From: a virus | Taxonomy: Duplodnaviria > Caudoviricetes | Virus record (IMG/VR): IMGVR_UViG_3300050153_000004 | Location: 1 to 25,122 of that record | Direction: 5' to 3' (one strand) | Length of the DNA stretch: 25,122 nt | In this document: in pieces, positions 16,267 through 25,121 of the stretch | Layout: each line of letters starts with the position of its first letter | How positions within the stretch are numbered: position 1 is the stretch's first letter | Made by a program: the position numbers and the translations under genes | The notes under the pieces: generated by a model | The model's input: the letters and a program-made list of their open reading frames with translations, nothing else | What the model was told of the DNA's origin: nothing | Databases searched by the model: none

Positions 16267-16884
16267 TTACTGGGGTAGGTCAATGGTCAGGCCGCCTTCA
16301 GCGCGGCCATCAGGTCCGGAGGTGCGCGGCGCTGGGTGCACCGCGCCGGGGAATGGCGGGTTGGCATAGGTGCCGGTGGCGTCGAAGACGTTCACGCCAT
16401 CGATCACCACATCCAGCCCCTGCAGGCCGGCGTAGTTGCCGGGGTTGATCTCCACAGGGTCGAAGTGTTCGAAGGTCTCACACTCAAACGTCATCAGCAT
16501 GCCGGCCAGGTGCTTCTCGCCTTGCGACGAGAACGTGGGTACAGCCGTCACAGAGCTGATCTGCTGCTGCAGCTTGATCAGCGCCACGTTGCCCAGCACC
16601 GCGTCTTCGATCTGTGCCACCAAGGTCTCCAGCGCGTCCTGCGAGGCGCCCTCAGTCAGGGCCTCAACCACCACCTGCAATTCGATGGCGGTTGTGCTGG
16701 TGTACTCGGGCTGAAACCGCCCTTGCGAGGCCTTGGTTTCTGCGCCTGTGCGAACCTTGATGATGGGCAGCTTGGCGCCGGGCACGTCCCAGTCGCCAGG
16801 GCTAACTACGTTACCGCCAGCCAGGCCCTGCAGCGCAGCCATGAAGGCTAGCCGCAGCTGGCGCCGAACGAGCACTGACATCAC
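16267..16884 (-). CDS. Putative tail terminator / tail completion protein
   Basis: RRQLR N-terminus, LPIIKV..GAE and LETLVAQIEDAV; position between the head-closure and gp38-like genes. Confidence 0.7.
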   Translation of the reverse strand: MMSVLVRRQLRLAFMAALQGLAGGNVVSPGDWDVPGAKLPIIKVRTGAETKASQGRFQPEYTSTTAIELQVVVEALTEGASQDALETLVAQIEDAVLGNVALIKLQQQISSVTAVPTFSSQGEKHLAGMLMTFECETFEHFDPVEINPGNYAGLQGLDVVIDGVNVFDATGTYANPPFPGAVHPAPRTSGPDGRAEGGLTIDLPQ

Positions 16885-17207
16885 GACACCTTGTTGAGAT
16901 CCAGGCGCGCCCAGCCGTGGCTGTCGTCGCGCCCTTCTTTGACCACATACGTGTGGCCGGTTCGGGTGATGGTCAAGCGGTCGCCCTGGGCCGCTTCGGG
17001 GTCAAAGCCAGCCGGGAACTCGCTCAGCCTGATGCCCACCAGCGGTGTCGACGTCACCACCACCATGCCCCCAGCCTCGACGCCCATGTAGGCGTCATCA
17101 AACACCACGTCGACCGGCAAAGATCCACCGCTGGCGGGGTTGTAGGTGGCAGGCTCACCGAATACCTGCATGCAGGGCTTGAGCACAAGCGAGTCCCAGT
17201 CGATCAT
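16881..17207 (-). CDS. Head-tail joining (head closure, gpFII-like) protein
   Basis: FGEPATY, VFDDAY and QGDRLTI...YVV....D..GW..L.L pattern; gene order. Confidence 0.82.
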   Translation of the reverse strand: MIDWDSLVLKPCMQVFGEPATYNPASGGSLPVDVVFDDAYMGVEAGGMVVVTSTPLVGIRLSEFPAGFDPEAAQGDRLTITRTGHTYVVKEGRDDSHGWARLDLNKVS

Positions 17208-17560
17208 CAGACCACCGTCACGTTCGGGCCAGCGCCAGACTTGACCTGCACTTGCCCGTTCTGGACAACATCAGGGGCCTCGGTGCCTTCCACATGGAAG
17301 AAGCCCAGCTCAGCCAGGCGCTTGTGGTCGGCCACAGTCAGCTGCACTGTGCCACCAGGGCCAATGGGGCCTTTGGCGGTGTGCACCGTGCCGCGCACCA
17401 CCATGGCCTTGATGGTGGGCACCCGCGTTGCCTTGTCAGCCTTGTCCACAACAGCGGGCAAGGTCGAGGTGGCAGCAGGCGCACCGGCAACGTCAGAGCC
17501 GGAGGCATCGCCACCGGCGCCGACCAGGTCCGCTTGCGCGGCATCACTGGTGTCCGTCAT
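17207..17560 (-). CDS. Capsid-associated hypothetical protein (in the position of lambda gpFI)
   Basis: Begins 1 nt after the capsid stop. Low-complexity N-terminus plus a small domain (GTVH....GPGGTVQL..ADHKRLAELG). Confidence 0.6.
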   Translation of the reverse strand: MTDTSDAAQADLVGAGGDASGSDVAGAPAATSTLPAVVDKADKATRVPTIKAMVVRGTVHTAKGPIGPGGTVQLTVADHKRLAELGFFHVEGTEAPDVVQNGQVQVKSGAGPNVTVV

Positions 17561-17561
17561 A

Positions 17562-18623
17562 TCAGTTCACCACCGCGGCAGTCACGGTAGCAGCCAGGCA
17601 GGCGTTCACGCGCGAGGGGATCACGATGGGGGCCGACTGCATCATCAGGAACAACTGGGCAGGGTCGTCCTGGGCCCACATCTTGGGGGCATAGGGCAAA
17701 GCGCCGTAGTTGAACTTGGGGTCCAGGATCGAGCCAAAGGCCTGCGTGCCTTGCAGATCAGAGCCGGTCATCACCAGGGCGCCGTCAGGGATCATGGGCT
17801 TTTCCTGGCCGGTGGCGTCGTCCACATACCAGTCGTTGTAGACCCACAAGCGGTACTGGCCCCACATACCCTTGAAGATGGCGCCGCGCTGGATCTCAGA
17901 GCCGATGTTGATGGTGTTGCCCTGACCATTGCCGGGGTACCAGATGGCCTGACGCACTTTGTCATCGCCCAAGAACTTGTTCCAGGGCGTGACGGTGAAG
18001 ACGATGTCCGTGCACACACCGCCCGACTTCTTGAGGATCAGGTTTTGCCATTCCTCGATGTTGTCGGTGGGGTTCTTGGTGTTGGCGGCGTTGTCCCACA
18101 TGGCCGTGCCGGTCAGGGCCACAGTCAGGGCGGCATCTCGGCCAAAGTCCACCAGCGTGCTCGGGAAGCCGTCACCCGTGATGGTCACAGTACCGGTCAG
18201 CAGCGCCTGGGCGGCCATCCATTCCAGGCGGCGGTTCAGCACGTCGATCTGGTCCTCCATCTCGAACTGCACGTTGGCGGCCATGCGCTCGGCGCCGGTC
18301 AGCTCACCACCACCAATGCGCTCGCCGATCATGCGGCGGATCGGCTTGCGCAGGTCAGGCGCACGCTTGTCCTTGATGTAGGCGGGCTTGAAGGTGTTGG
18401 TCTGAAAGCGGCGCGACTCGACCAGCTTGCCCTCGACCAAGGGCGAGACAAACGGGGCCATGCGGCGCTTACCGATGTCCACGTCGATCGACACGTACTC
18501 AGTGTCAGATGCAACGATGTTGGGAAAGAAGTTGTTGAGCAGGAAGGTCTGCGAGACCTTCAAGTTCTGCACAACCTGAACCAGTGCATTGGTGTCATAG
18601 ACAGCCAGATTTTGCAAGGGCAT
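17562..18623 (-). CDS. Major capsid protein, lambda gpE family
   Basis: Start moved to ATG 18623 (GGAG at 18630-18633). RMAPFVSP, FKPAYIKDK, RRLEWMAAQAL.TG, VDFGR and MQSAP motifs. Confidence 0.96.
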   Translation of the reverse strand: MPLQNLAVYDTNALVQVVQNLKVSQTFLLNNFFPNIVASDTEYVSIDVDIGKRRMAPFVSPLVEGKLVESRRFQTNTFKPAYIKDKRAPDLRKPIRRMIGERIGGGELTGAERMAANVQFEMEDQIDVLNRRLEWMAAQALLTGTVTITGDGFPSTLVDFGRDAALTVALTGTAMWDNAANTKNPTDNIEEWQNLILKKSGGVCTDIVFTVTPWNKFLGDDKVRQAIWYPGNGQGNTINIGSEIQRGAIFKGMWGQYRLWVYNDWYVDDATGQEKPMIPDGALVMTGSDLQGTQAFGSILDPKFNYGALPYAPKMWAQDDPAQLFLMMQSAPIVIPSRVNACLAATVTAAVVN

Positions 18624-18639
18624 GTGAAGCTCCAAACAG

Positions 18640-18693
18640 AAAGGCCACCCCATGGGTGGCCAGCACAAACGAAAAACCCGGCATCAAGCCGGG
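18640..18693 (-). terminator. Two tandem terminator-like hairpins between the decoration and major capsid genes
   Basis: CCCGGC-TTGAT-GCCGGG then TTTTT (18672-18693), and GGCCACCC-ATG-GGGTGGCC then TTTCTGTTT (18643-18661). Confidence 0.65.
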
Positions 18694-18715
18694 CTGCAAA
18701 GGGGTTGACCTGCGA

Positions 18716-19144
18716 TCAGGTCGGGTCGGCGTTGGACAACGCTGCGCTCACAACCTTCAAGAAGATCGAGGCATCACGCAGCACGTTGGTCAGCGTGGTG
18801 ATCGTGAACGAGGCGTCATAGGTCATGGCGCCAACGTTGAACTCACCGCTGAAGTACCCGCCTGCAGCCTGATCGGCAGAGGTGGCATCCACGGCATCCA
18901 CCAGGATGCACACCGGCGTCTGGCTGCCATCCACGGCGGTGGACACCGCCTTGATGTACTTGCCCGAGGCGGTCACTTGACCCAGCACCTGGCCGCGGGG
19001 CAGCACGCCCTGGCCGCTGGCGATAGTGATCGGCTGCGTCACGTTCGGAAACTGGCCAGCAATCAGCTGGTCAGGCTTGTAGATTTCGGCAGCAATGCCG
19101 GGCGTTGCGGGGTTGTTCCCCACGTTGGTAGTCGTCAGAGGCAT
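18716..19144 (-). CDS. Head decoration protein (lambda gpD-like)
   Basis: YKPDQLIAG, RGQVLG...SGKY, DGSQTP.CIL and Y.SGEFN motifs; precedes the capsid gene. Confidence 0.92.
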   Translation of the reverse strand: MPLTTTNVGNNPATPGIAAEIYKPDQLIAGQFPNVTQPITIASGQGVLPRGQVLGQVTASGKYIKAVSTAVDGSQTPVCILVDAVDATSADQAAGGYFSGEFNVGAMTYDASFTITTLTNVLRDASIFLKVVSAALSNADPT

Positions 19145-19177
19145 GTCGCTCTCCAGGGTTACGGTGGTTGTGGGGAA

Positions 19178-19774
19178 TTACTTCTGGCCGCGAGCCTTGG
19201 CCGCAGCAGCCATGATGGTCTGCGCCTGGGCCGTCGCACCGTGGGCAGCAGGCTCGCCACCGTCAGCGCGCACCGGCGTCTGCTTGACCACCGCCATGCG
19301 GTCGGCAAGGGATGTGCCTTGCTTGCGATCGGCAGCAGTGGCGTCCAGCGTGGCAATGGCCACCGTGGCGCTCATGTTGGTGTCGAAGGCGTAGGCGCAG
19401 GCCTGGCGCACGGCACCAGCCTTGATGCCATGCGCCACGATCTTGGCGCAACGAGCGCGGTCACGCTGCACGGCGGCCGAGGGCTTTTCCTCGTCGTCGT
19501 CGCTTTCTTCGTCTTCGTCGTCGCTTTCAGCCTTGGCCTTCTTGGCGTCCTTCTTATCGGTGTCATCTTCGGACTTGTCGTCCTTGTCGTCACCGGCATC
19601 GTCGCCTTCAGCTTTGGCATCAGCGCCGTCTTCGTCATCGCCTTCGGCCTTGGCCTTCTTGGCGTCCTTTTTGTCCTTGTCCTCATCGTCAGATTCGGAT
19701 TCGGCACGAGCCGCACCAATGCCCAGCAGATGCGCAAAGGGCAAGGTGCCGGCCAGCTTGGCGAGCTTCGTCAT
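19178..19774 (-). CDS. Acidic, low-complexity scaffold-like protein
   Basis: Start likely ATG 19774 (GAAAGG RBS). D/E/K-rich repeats followed by RDRARCAKI...A...AFDTNMSA; sits in the Nu3 position between protease and decoration genes. Confidence 0.7.
   Translation of the reverse strand: MTKLAKLAGTLPFAHLLGIGAARAESESDDEDKDKKDAKKAKAEGDDEDGADAKAEGDDAGDDKDDKSEDDTDKKDAKKAKAESDDEDEESDDDEEKPSAAVQRDRARCAKIVAHGIKAGAVRQACAYAFDTNMSATVAIATLDATAADRKQGTSLADRMAVVKQTPVRADGGEPAAHGATAQAQTIMAAAAKARGQK
19511..19675. repeat. Imperfect direct repeat (about 48 bp, 117-bp spacing) encoding DKKDAKKAKAE[GS]DDED
   Basis: 19511-19558 versus 19628-19675 share the core GCCTTGGCCTTCTTGGCGTCCTT. Confidence 0.8.
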
Positions 19775-19803
19775 GGTCAACCTTTCGGGTAGTAGGTTTG
19801 GAG

Positions 19804-20670
19804 TCACAGTGACTCCACAAATGCCAAAAAAGCATCATCGGGGGCCAGGACCTCATCGGCCAGCCCCACGTCAACGCCCTCTTGCCCCAGGTAGCAACGT
19901 GCCTGGGTGTCTCTCACGGCATCGAATGAGAGAGATCGGTTGCGGGACACCGTCTTGGCAAACAGCACGCCCATGGTGTTGATGTCCTTTTGCACGGCAG
20001 CCTGCACAGCCTTGGGTAAGCGCTCGTAAGGGTTGCCGTCTGCCTTGTGGTCGCCATACGTGATGATCGTGACCTTGAGCCCCGACTTCTCGATCGCATC
20101 CGACCAGTCCGCGTGCATCACCACCACGCCCACCGAGCCGGTGCCGCCGGTGCGCGGCTTGATCACCCGCGTGGCCGCTGACGCGATGGCATAGCCCGCG
20201 CTGTAGGACATCTCGTCCACCACGGCCCACACCGGCTTGATCTGGCGAGCCTTGTAGATCGTGTCGACAAGGTCAAAGCAGCCGGCCACTTCGCCGCCTG
20301 GGCTGTCGATGTCCAGCATGATCCCCTTGACTTCGGGGTCGGCCAGGGCGGTCAGCAGGTTTTGCCGAATGCCGTCATAACCGGTCATGCCCGAGTAGGG
20401 CCGCAGCGTGCCCAGCTTGTGCACCAGCGTGCCTTGCACGGGGATCAGCGCCACGCCCTGGGCAATGTCATAGCCGGCGCGGGGGTTGCGGCCTTCGGCA
20501 CCCATCACGCTGGCGTGCGGGCCGTCAAAGTCGTCGTCTTCCATCAGCCGGGCCACGTGGGCGATGCCCATGCGCTCGGCCAGCGCGCTCACGATCAGCT
20601 CGGCCTTGGCCGGGTGAATGGCCACCGGCACATTGAGCATTCGTTGCGCGATATGTGCAAGTGAACTCAT
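19804..20670 (-). CDS. Prohead protease, peptidase S49 family (lambda gpC-like)
   Basis: Start likely ATG 20670 (ATGA overlap with the portal stop). LDIDSPGG, SAGYAIAS, GSVGVV and GDHKADGNPY motifs. Confidence 0.95.
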   Translation of the reverse strand: MSSLAHIAQRMLNVPVAIHPAKAELIVSALAERMGIAHVARLMEDDDFDGPHASVMGAEGRNPRAGYDIAQGVALIPVQGTLVHKLGTLRPYSGMTGYDGIRQNLLTALADPEVKGIMLDIDSPGGEVAGCFDLVDTIYKARQIKPVWAVVDEMSYSAGYAIASAATRVIKPRTGGTGSVGVVVMHADWSDAIEKSGLKVTIITYGDHKADGNPYERLPKAVQAAVQKDINTMGVLFAKTVSRNRSLSFDAVRDTQARCYLGQEGVDVGLADEVLAPDDAFLAFVESL

Positions 20671-22283
20671 GCTTCTTCCTTGCGCGGCTCGCGCCGCTGG
20701 CCCATCCACGACTGGGGCAACTCCAGCCCACGGGCCTTAAAGGCCTGCGTTTCCAGCGCGCGCTGGTCGAGCACCTCTTCCCAGTCCAGCGACTGTTCGG
20801 CGCACTCGTTCTCCAGCGTCGACAGGCCTGCCTCCATGCCCATCACCGCGCCTTCTTTTTCTGCCACGGGGTCGATCCAGCCGCGAGCCGGGCCCATCCA
20901 GGTGGCGCGCATGTAAGCCGCGCGGGCCTCCATGAACGCCGGGGCACCCGCCGGCAACGGCAGGTCATCCACCTCAAAGGCCTCTTCCAGCCAGGCGCCA
21001 CGCAGCGGGCTGGCAAAGCCCACCGCGAAGTCAATGCGTCGACGGTCCAGCGTCTTCCAAGCCTCCAGCAATGCTGCGCGCGCCGAGCTGTAGTTGACAT
21101 CAGACCAGTCTTGCGACACCTGCTGCGCGCTCATGCCCGCAGCGCTGGCGAAGTTGCGCAGCACAGCCTTTTCAAAGTCCGCGAAGTTGCTGTTCGGGCG
21201 CACGGCCGTCACAGCATTGATCTTCTCGCCGGGGAACAAGATCGGCATGCGCGCGCCGTTCATGCTCAGCCGCTTCTCGTTGTGATAGTCCGAGCGCATC
21301 GCCTGGTATTGCGGCAACTCTTGATCACCCAAGGCCGACTCCACCAGGGCGGGGTCGTTCGGGCTCTCAATGTAGGCCGCAAAAAGCGCGTTCAAGATCG
21401 CGCTGTCCAGCTCGGCGCCGTCGTACTTGGCCAGAGCCTTCAGACGCTGCACCACCGGTCCCAGGATGCCCACGCCACCGCGGTGCTGTGATGCCCGGTC
21501 CATGTCGTAGTCATGGATGATGATCGGGCGGCCCCAGCTCGTCTCGCGCTCAATGCGGTCCCACACAACCGACTTGCCAGCGTTGAACCAGTCACCCTGG
21601 TGCGCTTGGCGAATGTGATACGCCACCGCCGCGCCCAGCTCGTCAATCTCCACACCACCGCGCACATTGACCCAGTCAAAGCGCTGTTGCGGGTTGCTCA
21701 GCCGGTCAGGGTCGATCAGCTGGATGGCCGTGTTGTAGCGGGCACGGCCAGGGCCTACTCGGTCGGTCAGCCAAAGCACTTGGCCCAGCGTATCGCCGTC
21801 AACCACCTTGTGCCGAAATGCCAGGCGCAGCATTTGCGGCACCGTCATTTTGCGCATGGCATCGCAGTAGCGACCAGCATCTTCAGACCACGTGCGGTAA
21901 CCCGCGTCCACGGCCTTGCCGTATTCATCGGCCCACGTTGCATCAAAGGCCTTGTTGCCTGAGATCACAGCCAGGGCTCGGTAGTCCGGTTTGGCGATCG
22001 CACGGAAGTTCCCGCCGATCGCGTTGTCCAGCACCCGGGTGACGGCCCCCGCAGCCCAGCCATCATTGCGCACCAGGTCCCGCACCCGCGACACGATGCG
22101 GTCGCGGAACATGTTCATCTCGCCATCAGGGCTGCCCAGGTACGGCAGCCATTCGGCCAAGTGCGGGTCTTCCATGTTCGCGGCGTCGTAGGCCACGCCT
22201 GATGAACCACCGGCCAGCATCGACGCCTTGCGCGGGGCCAGCGGCTGGCCGTTGGCGCCAAGGATCTGAATTTGGTCGGTCAT
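20667..22283 (-). CDS. Portal protein, lambda gpB family
   Basis: RVRDLVRND, QLIDPDRL, GVEIDE.G..VAYHI, DWSDVNYSSAR and WIDPVAE motifs. Confidence 0.97.
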   Translation of the reverse strand: MTDQIQILGANGQPLAPRKASMLAGGSSGVAYDAANMEDPHLAEWLPYLGSPDGEMNMFRDRIVSRVRDLVRNDGWAAGAVTRVLDNAIGGNFRAIAKPDYRALAVISGNKAFDATWADEYGKAVDAGYRTWSEDAGRYCDAMRKMTVPQMLRLAFRHKVVDGDTLGQVLWLTDRVGPGRARYNTAIQLIDPDRLSNPQQRFDWVNVRGGVEIDELGAAVAYHIRQAHQGDWFNAGKSVVWDRIERETSWGRPIIIHDYDMDRASQHRGGVGILGPVVQRLKALAKYDGAELDSAILNALFAAYIESPNDPALVESALGDQELPQYQAMRSDYHNEKRLSMNGARMPILFPGEKINAVTAVRPNSNFADFEKAVLRNFASAAGMSAQQVSQDWSDVNYSSARAALLEAWKTLDRRRIDFAVGFASPLRGAWLEEAFEVDDLPLPAGAPAFMEARAAYMRATWMGPARGWIDPVAEKEGAVMGMEAGLSTLENECAEQSLDWEEVLDQRALETQAFKARGLELPQSWMGQRREPRKEEA

Positions 22284-22288
22284 GGTGT

Positions 22289-22555
22289 TCAGCGGAAGTT
22301 GAAGCGCACCGGTCGGCGCGGTGTGGTCACGATGCCCAGTTGGGCCTGCAGCAGCTTGATGAAGGCCGTCAGGTTCGGCAGGCTCGCCGGCGTGTACTGC
22401 ACAGACTTGTTGCCATCTCCTTGGGCATAACTCACCGAGGCCACCTTGCTGCCCGTCACCAGGTCGGTATAGGCCTGCTGGGCAGCTGTCAGTGCTGCGC
22501 GCAGTTGCACGGTCGACATGCCTGCCAGCACGGAGGTGTTCGGGTCAAAACTCAT
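22289..22555 (-). CDS. Head completion protein, gpW family
   Basis: L.AAQQAY.DL.TG..V.SV......VQYT.A....L...I..L.AQLG...RRP motif; precedes the portal gene. Confidence 0.9.
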   Translation of the reverse strand: MSFDPNTSVLAGMSTVQLRAALTAAQQAYTDLVTGSKVASVSYAQGDGNKSVQYTPASLPNLTAFIKLLQAQLGIVTTPRRPVRFNFR

Positions 22556-22557
22556 GG

Positions 22558-23241
22558 TCAGCGCCTCGCTGTGGCCATGGCCTTCGCCAAGGCCTTGCCA
22601 AACTCTTTGTTGAACTGGCTGTTGATGTGGCGCTCGGCCACGCCGAACCAGTCCAGGTTCTGCTTCACGTCATGCGCGTCTTCGAACTTGATCAACAGCT
22701 TGAGGTGGCCGCCCGTGTTCAGGCCCTTGCTTGTGCGCACTACCTTGCTGCCCTTGCGCGCCTGCACACGGCTGCCCTCGGCCACCGAGCGCTGCCACAC
22801 ACCGCTCACAATCCCGGCCTTGGTTTGCACCCGGCCAATGAACACGTCAGAGCGCCCCTTGAGCTGGCGCAGCAAACTGCGCGGCAAGTTGCCGAACTGG
22901 TCCAGACTGGTCATGGCCCCCACAGGCTTGAGCAAGGCCTTGCCGTTTAGCGTGTTCTTGCCGCCGTCCTGGTAGGGCGCCAGGTAGCGCGCTGTGGCGT
23001 CCAGCATCCTGATGGTCACGTACTGCCGCCCCTTGCTCGCACCAATCAGCCGCAGCGCCCCAGTCGTGAACGGCTTCGGCTTGTCCAGCTCCTTCTGCTC
23101 GTTGGCCTGCTCCATCTTGATCGTGGTGCGCCCCAGAGCGTTGAGCGCCTGTGACGTTGCAAACGGCACCTGCTTCCAGGCCAGGGCCGACAACCGCCGC
23201 TCGATCTCTTTGATGTTGCTGCGGATGTCGATCATGCTCAA
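22558..23241 (-). CDS. Basic phage protein, possibly lambda gpZ-like neck/tail-completion family
   Basis: KQVPFATSQALN motif, K/R-rich sequence and C-terminal F.KEFGKALAKA; ATGA-coupled to the terminase. Family assignment is tentative. Confidence 0.55.
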   Translation of the reverse strand: MSMIDIRSNIKEIERRLSALAWKQVPFATSQALNALGRTTIKMEQANEQKELDKPKPFTTGALRLIGASKGRQYVTIRMLDATARYLAPYQDGGKNTLNGKALLKPVGAMTSLDQFGNLPRSLLRQLKGRSDVFIGRVQTKAGIVSGVWQRSVAEGSRVQARKGSKVVRTSKGLNTGGHLKLLIKFEDAHDVKQNLDWFGVAERHINSQFNKEFGKALAKAMATARR

Positions 23242-25121
23242 GCCAATCTGCTCGCCAGCTTCTTGGCCTCTGTCGGCACCGTGCTGACCTGTGTCACGGG
23301 TGCAGCAGCGGGCACCGCCTGGGCCTCATCCTTCGATGCGGGCTCGGCCGGCGCCTGCGTTACAACCTGCGCGAACAGGTCTGTCTGTGGCGGGTTGACC
23401 TTCAGGCGCTCGCGCTCCCAGTCGGTCTCACGCCACTTGTGCAGGCCCAGTCGCTGTGCGGCGGCCAGGTTGTACACACTCAAGTCAAGGGCCTCGTTGC
23501 GGTCGCCCTTGTTCTTGACCCACTGCGTGCGAGCGTGCCCCTTCACATATGTGATCAGGCGGCGCTCGCTGCAGATCTGCTCGTAAAACGCCAGCGGCAG
23601 GTCCACCGAGAAGTGGATCGAGCCGGGCCCAGATGCCAGCTTCCAGCGGCTGTGCAGCCAGTCCTTGGCGGTGTCCGTCCCAACGATCCACAACTCAGCG
23701 CCGCGCTTTTCGACCTTGCCGCGCCGGTTGATGTCCACTTTGCTAGGCTGGCTCGACAACACCGGCTTACCTGGGCGACTGGCGCCCCGGATGGCAAACA
23801 CGTTGCGGTACCGGCGCGCCCGCGTGAACTCGTACACGTCCTGCGTGTGGTGACCACCCGAGTCCACCGCAGTGGCCCTGATGGTCATGTTCAGGCCATT
23901 GGCCCGCCGCAGTGGCGTGCGCAAGATCACGTCCAGCTCATCCCACGGCGCGCTGGTTGCGGGGTCGCCCATGATCACCTGGTAGTCCAGGGTCCAGCGC
24001 TCCATGCCTTCGCCCCAACCGATGATCTTGAGCTCCAGCCGGTCATCTTGCGTGTCCACCGCAGCCGTGACCACCAGCACCTCGTCGGGTACCGTGCGCA
24101 GCTCGAAGGGCTCGGCGCGGGCCTGCAACTCTTCGGGCGTCGTGCGCTCTTTGATGTCGTCCCAGCAGCGTGCCAGACGCGTGTTGTAGAACACCTGCAT
24201 GGGCTCGGGGTCGCCCTTGTCGTAGGCATCCTTGGCCTTGGCATACTGCTTGGCCAGCGAGGCCCACGACACCCAGCCCAGCGGCGCATACAGCGCACTC
24301 AGCGTGAAGCTGATCGTCTCGCCATCACCCTTCCCGGCAGCACGCCACTCACCGGCAGAAAGCAGGTCTGACTTCGAGCTTTCCTCGATGTGCGAGCCAC
24401 AGTGCTTGCACACGTAGGAGGCCTGGGCGAAGTCTGCAGACCACCACAGGTTCTCCCATTCCAGCACCTGGAGCTCACCGCAGTGAGGGCACGGCACGTG
24501 GTAATAGCGCTGGTCACCTTGGCGAAACAGCGTGTCGATCCGGCTTGCCTTCTCGATGGTCGGCGAGCTGGTGTAGTAGATCTTGGCGTTGCGCCCGTAG
24601 GTACTGGTCCGTGTCTCGGCCAGCTCGACCGGGTCACCTTCTTTATCGACCGACACATCCCAGCGGTCAACCTCGTCGCCGTACACATACCGCGCCGGGA
24701 TCTCGGCCAGATTGGCCGCAGAGCCCGCCGTGGTGATGTACAGCGTGCCGCCTGAAAACTCTTTTGTGTCGATGGTGTTGCGGCTGTCCCGGCTGCGCAC
24801 CGGGGCCACCCGCTCACGCAGCTCGGGCACCGCGTCTATGGTCTTGCCGATCCGGCCCGACACACGCCTGGCCAGGTTCAGGCTGGGCAGCAGCACCAGC
24901 ATGTTGCCCGGCGCCTGGTGGATCGAAGCGCTCAACCAGTTGATACCGACTTGCGTCTTGAGCAGCTGGCTGGCCACCATGGCCACCACCCGCTTGGCAG
25001 GGTGCGAGGGTGACAGCACCCGCATCACCTCGCGGGCGAAGGGCGTGCGGTCCGTCTTGTACTTGCCGTGCTCAGCGCCGTTGCCCTGAGGGATCTGCAT
25101 GTACTCGTCGGCCCACTCGTC
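23238..25121 (-). CDS. Terminase large subunit, lambda GpA family (5' end outside the window)
   Basis: Frame is open beyond the ORF-track start (DEWADEYMQIP..). RTPFAREVM, Walker B YVYGDEVD, SSPT, CPHC/CKHC Zn motifs, VDTQDDR and RNEALD nuclease motifs. Confidence 0.97.
   Translation of the reverse strand, partial: DEWADEYMQIPQGNGAEHGKYKTDRTPFAREVMRVLSPSHPAKRVVAMVASQLLKTQVGINWLSASIHQAPGNMLVLLPSLNLARRVSGRIGKTIDAVPELRERVAPVRSRDSRNTIDTKEFSGGTLYITTAGSAANLAEIPARYVYGDEVDRWDVSVDKEGDPVELAETRTSTYGRNAKIYYTSSPTIEKASRIDTLFRQGDQRYYHVPCPHCGELQVLEWENLWWSADFAQASYVCKHCGSHIEESSKSDLLSAGEWRAAGKGDGETISFTLSALYAPLGWVSWASLAKQYAKAKDAYDKGDPEPMQVFYNTRLARCWDDIKERTTPEELQARAEPFELRTVPDEVLVVTAAVDTQDDRLELKIIGWGEGMERWTLDYQVIMGDPATSAPWDELDVILRTPLRRANGLNMTIRATAVDSGGHHTQDVYEFTRARRYRNVFAIRGASRPGKPVLSSQPSKVDINRRGKVEKRGAELWIVGTDTAKDWLHSRWKLASGPGSIHFSVDLPLAFYEQICSERRLITYVKGHARTQWVKNKGDRNEALDLSVYNLAAAQRLGLHKWRETDWERERLKVNPPQTDLFAQVVTQAPAEPASKDEAQAVPAAAPVTQVSTVPTEAKKLASRLA

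Noticed and set aside
16917-18821. 634-aa plus-strand ORF, and other long plus-strand ORFs such as 6730..7590, 9895..10740, 18584..19792 and 23439..24371
   Set aside because: Antisense shadows of well-supported high-GC phage genes, with no recognisable motifs.
17562-20709. Upstream-extended starts in the ORF track (18668, 19807, 20709; likewise 2318, 2732, 5578, 6451, 9877)
   Set aside because: Downstream ATGs have better RBSs or stop/start overlaps, and most of the extensions run into hairpins or neighbouring genes.
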